Assembly: GCA_965199715.1 (NCBI GenBank)
Contig: OZ241322.1
Coordinates: 672,001-736,000, forward strand
Source: Vicinamibacteria bacterium
Lineage (GTDB): Bacteria > Acidobacteriota > Vicinamibacteria > Marinacidobacterales > Marinacidobacteraceae
Direction of reading: 5' to 3'
Length of the DNA: 64,000 bases
The notes beneath the pieces were generated by a model, which was given only the letters and a program-made list of their open reading frames with translations, did no database searches and had not been told where the DNA came from. Made by a program: the position numbers and the translations under genes. Of the stretch, positions 60,250-64,000 are shown piece by piece (the first letter of the stretch is position 1; the number at the start of each line of letters is the position of its first letter).

Positions 60250-60977
60250 CGGGACGCGACCGCCGAGTTGCGCACGTAGGTGGGCCAGTCCGGGCGGTAG
60301 TCGGACGACGCCTGATCGCCCCAAACCGTCCAGTTGGGTCGGACACCGCGACCGAAGAGTTCCAGGTACGGCCCCCAGCTACACGCTTCGATCACGCGGT
60401 ACTGCTCGTCGGGCTTCCGGGAGTGCTCGCGCTTTCGGTTTGCGATCAGGTTCACCTGACTGCGACCCGGCGGAAGGGTCCGGGCGCTCTTGCCGCGAAC
60501 TCCGAAGAGCACGAGCTCGGTGACGTTGCGGAAGCAGAAACCGACGCCCCGCCCGTCGGAGCCTCCGTCCTGCCGGACCTTGTGCCACACGAGATTCGTC
60601 TTGTACTGGAACCCCCATGCGGCCAGCACTTCGAGACCCCAAGGAAGCAGCGCGTTCGGCGCCCAGAGATAGCAGTGCGCGCTGTCCTCAAGGTATCGCT
60701 CAACGGGCAGTCCGGCGATCTCCTCAAGCGTCAACGTTCCGTACCGGGCCAAACGGCGGTGTTCGGGAGCAACCTTCCCGGTCCGGTTGGCGAAACGCCA
60801 CGGCGGATCGGCGAGGATCGTCCCGAACCGGTGGCCGTCAAGAAAGGCGCTCAGGGACTCTGAGGGCGTTGACGCCTCCGGTGTAGGAACGGGCGCGGCC
60901 CTGCGGGACTCCACGGGCATCCCGCTGTCGAACAGCGGACGGGGCGCGTTCGCCGCGGCTAGAGCGCGATCAGGCAT
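60246..60977 (-). CDS. MT-A70 family N6-adenine methyltransferase
   Basis: ILADPPW, GFQYKTNLVWHK, FRNVTE, HSRKP and LELFGR. Confidence 0.9.
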   Translation of the reverse strand: MPDRALAAANAPRPLFDSGMPVESRRAAPVPTPEASTPSESLSAFLDGHRFGTILADPPWRFANRTGKVAPEHRRLARYGTLTLEEIAGLPVERYLEDSAHCYLWAPNALLPWGLEVLAAWGFQYKTNLVWHKVRQDGGSDGRGVGFCFRNVTELVLFGVRGKSARTLPPGRSQVNLIANRKREHSRKPDEQYRVIEACSWGPYLELFGRGVRPNWTVWGDQASSDYRPDWPTYVRNSAVASR

Positions 60978-61059
60978 CCGTTCCCGAAATCGTACCCGTT
61001 GGCGGACGGTTCACTGCAAGCGATCCAGCGTGAACGTCGGTTCCTTCTCCCGGTCGCCG
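60913..61059. repeat. 147-bp direct repeat, copy 2
   Basis: Covers the oxidoreductase 3' end, the spacer and the first ~21 codons of the methylase. Matches 59527-59673. Confidence 0.9.
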
Positions 61060-62183
61060 AGCGCCATGCCCGCGACCATCTCGCCGAGGGCGGGGCCGAG
61101 CTTGTAGCCATGCCCCGAGCCTCCGCCGACGATCCATGCGTTGTCCGCGCCGGGGTGGGTATCCACGATGAGATCGCCGTCGGCGCTCTGCTCGTATTGG
61201 CAGACGCGGGCTTCAAGGAGCGGCGCGCCGGCCATTCCGGGGAAGCGCATCTCCATGAACGCACGGGCCCCTCTCGCCCCGCCCGCCGAGGGCGTCCGGT
61301 CGCCGGAGGTTGGGTCGAACGGCTCGCCCCGGCGGTCGTCGGCCAGCTTGAAGCCCCGGTAGTCGCTGCCCGGCACGCCGTAGAAGCCGGATCCGCTCAT
61401 GATCCACGTGGGCAGCACGAGGTCGGTCAGTTCGCGTCGGCCCGGCGGCGTGCCGAAGTAGAAGACCTCCTGCCGCGTTGGCCGCACGAGCGGAGCGTCG
61501 AACTCCGGGAAGAGCGCACCGAGCCAAGGCCCGGCGGCGAACACGTAGCGGTCCGCCTCGAGCGAGCTCCCGTCGGAAAGCGTCACCGCGCCCATCCGCC
61601 CGCCGGCGACCGCGCCGGGCGCGACCTCCGCCTGACGGTAGTCGCCGCCTTCAGCGAGGAACGCTTGGAGCACCCGCTGGCAGCCCTGCCGCGCCAGCAG
61701 GTATCCGGCCTCCGGTTCGAAGGAGCAGAAGTCCACGCCTTCCGGATGGATCTGCGGGTAGCGGCGCCGGAGTTCGTCTCGCCCAAACTCCTCGACGGGC
61801 ACGCCCAAGTCCCGTAGGACCTCCGCCGAGTCCCGGATGCGCACCCGGCCCGCCTCGCCACTCATGCGAAGGAGGCCCGTCGGGAAGAAGAGCCGGGTTC
61901 CCCAAGCGGCCTCGCTCTCCCGCCAGAGCGCGAGCGCCCGAACGACCATCTCGGAGTAGAGCCGCTGCCTTCCGTAGCTGGCCCGGATCAACCGGGTCTC
62001 GCCGCCGGAACTCGCCCGTGAGTTGCCCGGCCCCCACGCGTCGAGGAGAGTGACCTCGGCGCCGGAGCGGAGGAGGTGGAGCGCCGTCCACCCACCGAAC
62101 GCCCCCGCGCCGACGACGACCACCCGCGCCCGTGAGAGCCGGAGACCCATGGCCTCTCGCCGGGAAACGCGATCCCCAGCCAT
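61011..62183 (-). CDS. FAD-dependent oxidoreductase (sarcosine oxidase/DAO family)
   Basis: VVVVGAGAFG, SSGGETRLIR, AAGPW and GGGSGHGYKLGP. Confidence 0.88.
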   Translation of the reverse strand: MAGDRVSRREAMGLRLSRARVVVVGAGAFGGWTALHLLRSGAEVTLLDAWGPGNSRASSGGETRLIRASYGRQRLYSEMVVRALALWRESEAAWGTRLFFPTGLLRMSGEAGRVRIRDSAEVLRDLGVPVEEFGRDELRRRYPQIHPEGVDFCSFEPEAGYLLARQGCQRVLQAFLAEGGDYRQAEVAPGAVAGGRMGAVTLSDGSSLEADRYVFAAGPWLGALFPEFDAPLVRPTRQEVFYFGTPPGRRELTDLVLPTWIMSGSGFYGVPGSDYRGFKLADDRRGEPFDPTSGDRTPSAGGARGARAFMEMRFPGMAGAPLLEARVCQYEQSADGDLIVDTHPGADNAWIVGGGSGHGYKLGPALGEMVAGMALGDREKEPTFTLDRLQ

Positions 62184-62191
62184 CAGCGCGC

Positions 62192-63652
62192 CTAGAGCGT
62201 CGCTTCCTTCCACATCTTCAATCCTCGCAGGATCGCATCATCCAGCCAATTCGCGAAACGGGGCGCCGCCTGCGCGAGCGGCTCCCCGTAATTCACCATG
62301 AAGATGGAATCCGTGAGCGGGGTCGCCGGTCCGACCTCCCGTTCCCCCTGCTCCGTCTCGAGCCGTTGGAACCAGGATACCGAGCACGCCAGCAGCCCCA
62401 TGAAGCCGCGCCCGAGGCCGTGGAACGAAACGAGGATTTCCGTCTGGTTCGAGTTGCGGAGCACGAGCCGCGCCCACGCCCGGTAGATGCCCGGGTTCGC
62501 GGTGTACTCCAACTCATTCGCAGTTTGGACGATCTGATGGCGGAAGTAGTGGCTTCCGTCCTCGCGGTCCGCCCTGCCATCAGTTGTGTAGCGGCCGTGG
62601 TCCAGCACGCCGGAGAGTTGACTCGTGAGCTCCTCCGCGACTCCCGCCAGACGACTCTCGGCACGATCCCGCAATCCGGCGGCGATGGCGACCGTAGCGT
62701 CCCACTCCGAAAGGGAATCCATCGGCGCCTGCAGCTCGCGCCGGACCGAGGCGATCGCCTCGGAGACGCGATCCGCCTGACGAATGTCATGCGCGATGGC
62801 GTTGGCGCGCCCGAGCTCCCCTCGCTGCAGATCCGAGAAGCAGCGCACCAGAGGCCTCAGGTCGCCGGCGTCCGCAGCCTCCAGCGCACCGATGTACGGC
62901 TCCCGGCCGCGGTCGCGGACGACGAGCGGGAACCACCCCGCCTTCAGGAACACGAGCGTCCCGAGAGCGCGCGCGATCCGGCCGTTCCCGTCCTGGAAGG
63001 GGTGAATCTGGGTGAATCGGTGGTGCAGCCAAGCCGCCTCCACCTCCGGCGCGACGTCGACGTGCGCGTGATGCAGCGCGATCAACCGATCCATCTCGGA
63101 ATCGACCTGCTCCGGCGGGCAGTACTCGTGGACCATGCCGTCCGGGCGCAACGGATTGTTGGGGCGCACCTTGAACGCTCCCCGGCGGAGCGGGATGAGA
63201 ACCTTGTTCCCGAACGGGTCGAAACCGACCGCGGTTTCCTGGCGCCGCGTCATCAAGGCGTGCAGTTCCTTGATGTAGCTCGTGGAGAGGGGTCGATCTC
63301 CCTTGACGAAATCGAACAACTGGTCGATGGCGGCCTGGTGATCCGAGATCATCGCAGCGATCCACTCGGGGTCCGCGCCGGGCCGGTGCGGAATGAGCGC
63401 CGCGTTGATTCCGTGCGCGATGAGCGACTCGGTGACCCCGCGATCGAAGGCGTAGAGCCGCTCGATCAGACCGGTTTCGATGGACCACTCGCGTCGGAGC
63501 CGCTGGTCGAAAGCCCGGTATCCGGCCCGATGCGCGAGCCGGTCTCGCTGTTCGCTCCACAAGCGCGCGAGCGCCGCGAGGCTCTCCGACGCGAGGTCCC
63601 CGGGCGACTCGAGGTCCGTGATCGGGGCCCAGCGATGGCCGATCGGCGCCAT
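62192..63652 (-). CDS. Fic family protein with C-terminal extension
   Basis: Canonical HPFQDGNGRIAR motif. Confidence 0.9.
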   Translation of the reverse strand: MAPIGHRWAPITDLESPGDLASESLAALARLWSEQRDRLAHRAGYRAFDQRLRREWSIETGLIERLYAFDRGVTESLIAHGINAALIPHRPGADPEWIAAMISDHQAAIDQLFDFVKGDRPLSTSYIKELHALMTRRQETAVGFDPFGNKVLIPLRRGAFKVRPNNPLRPDGMVHEYCPPEQVDSEMDRLIALHHAHVDVAPEVEAAWLHHRFTQIHPFQDGNGRIARALGTLVFLKAGWFPLVVRDRGREPYIGALEAADAGDLRPLVRCFSDLQRGELGRANAIAHDIRQADRVSEAIASVRRELQAPMDSLSEWDATVAIAAGLRDRAESRLAGVAEELTSQLSGVLDHGRYTTDGRADREDGSHYFRHQIVQTANELEYTANPGIYRAWARLVLRNSNQTEILVSFHGLGRGFMGLLACSVSWFQRLETEQGEREVGPATPLTDSIFMVNYGEPLAQAAPRFANWLDDAILRGLKMWKEATL

Positions 63653-63672
63653 GGCCGCATCGTACTCCGCGA

Positions 63673-64000
63673 TCAGAGCCGCTGGAGCAGGAGCGCCAGC
63701 AGCGCCGTCCGGCGCGGAAGGTCGTCAAGCCGCACGTGCTCGTGCGCGGCGTGCGCGCCGTCGCCCGCCGGGCCGAGGCCGTCCAGCACCGCAACCCCGA
63801 CCCCGGCGACGATGTTCCCGTCGGAACCGCCGCCGGCCGGCCCTTCGGGGAGATCCCAGTCGAGTTCGCGCGCCGCGGCCCGGGCGACTCCGTAGAGCCG
63901 GGCCACGCCCTCGGTACGCACGAGCGGCGGCCGGTTGACGCCGCCGGTCCAGCGGGTGCGCGCCTCCGGATGCGCCGCCCGCAGCGCCCGCAGCTTCCCA
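63673..64000 (-). CDS. M20 family metallopeptidase (glutamate carboxypeptidase-like), 3' part only
   Basis: GGVNRPP, GGGSDGN and LDGLGPAGDGAHAAHEH. The gene begins beyond the window end. Confidence 0.82.
   Translation of the reverse strand, partial: GKLRALRAAHPEARTRWTGGVNRPPLVRTEGVARLYGVARAAARELDWDLPEGPAGGGSDGNIVAGVGVAVLDGLGPAGDGAHAAHEHVRLDDLPRRTALLALLLQRL

Noticed and set aside
59527-61059. Integron cassette or CRISPR interpretation of the 147-bp repeat
   Set aside because: Only two copies, no attC-like palindrome, and no integrase or cas genes in the window.

Overview
Window from a very GC-rich diderm bacterium (TonB receptors, AmpG and lipoproteins; Acidobacteriota/Gemmatimonadota-like repertoire, taxonomy inferred). 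It is densely coding with about 50 genes, and most long ORFs in the track are GC-driven shadow frames. Housekeeping genes include leuB, gdhA, tyrA, hemW, lepA and pheS/pheT. There are also transport and hydrolase operons: a putative peptidoglycan-recycling operon with a beta-lactamase/VanX fusion, an amidohydrolase triplet, and a multiheme cytochrome. Three accessory spots stand out. (1) An intact IS5-family element (15763-16980, 4-bp GGTT duplication) sits inside a decayed secreted-protein gene. (2) A truncated hsdM is replaced by a PIN toxin-antitoxin module. (3) An MT-A70 methyltransferase plus BglII/BstYI-like nuclease cassette is bracketed by an unannotated 147-bp direct repeat, which gives the methylase and a downstream AlkB-like dioxygenase the same promoter region and N-terminus. 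A CxxC/RAPP leader ORF (DUF2946/CruR-like) precedes a TonB receptor operon. Many genes have a -10-like box 6-11 nt before the start codon, suggesting leaderless expression. No rRNA, tRNA or CRISPR array was recognised. All family calls come from motif recognition by eye, not database searches.
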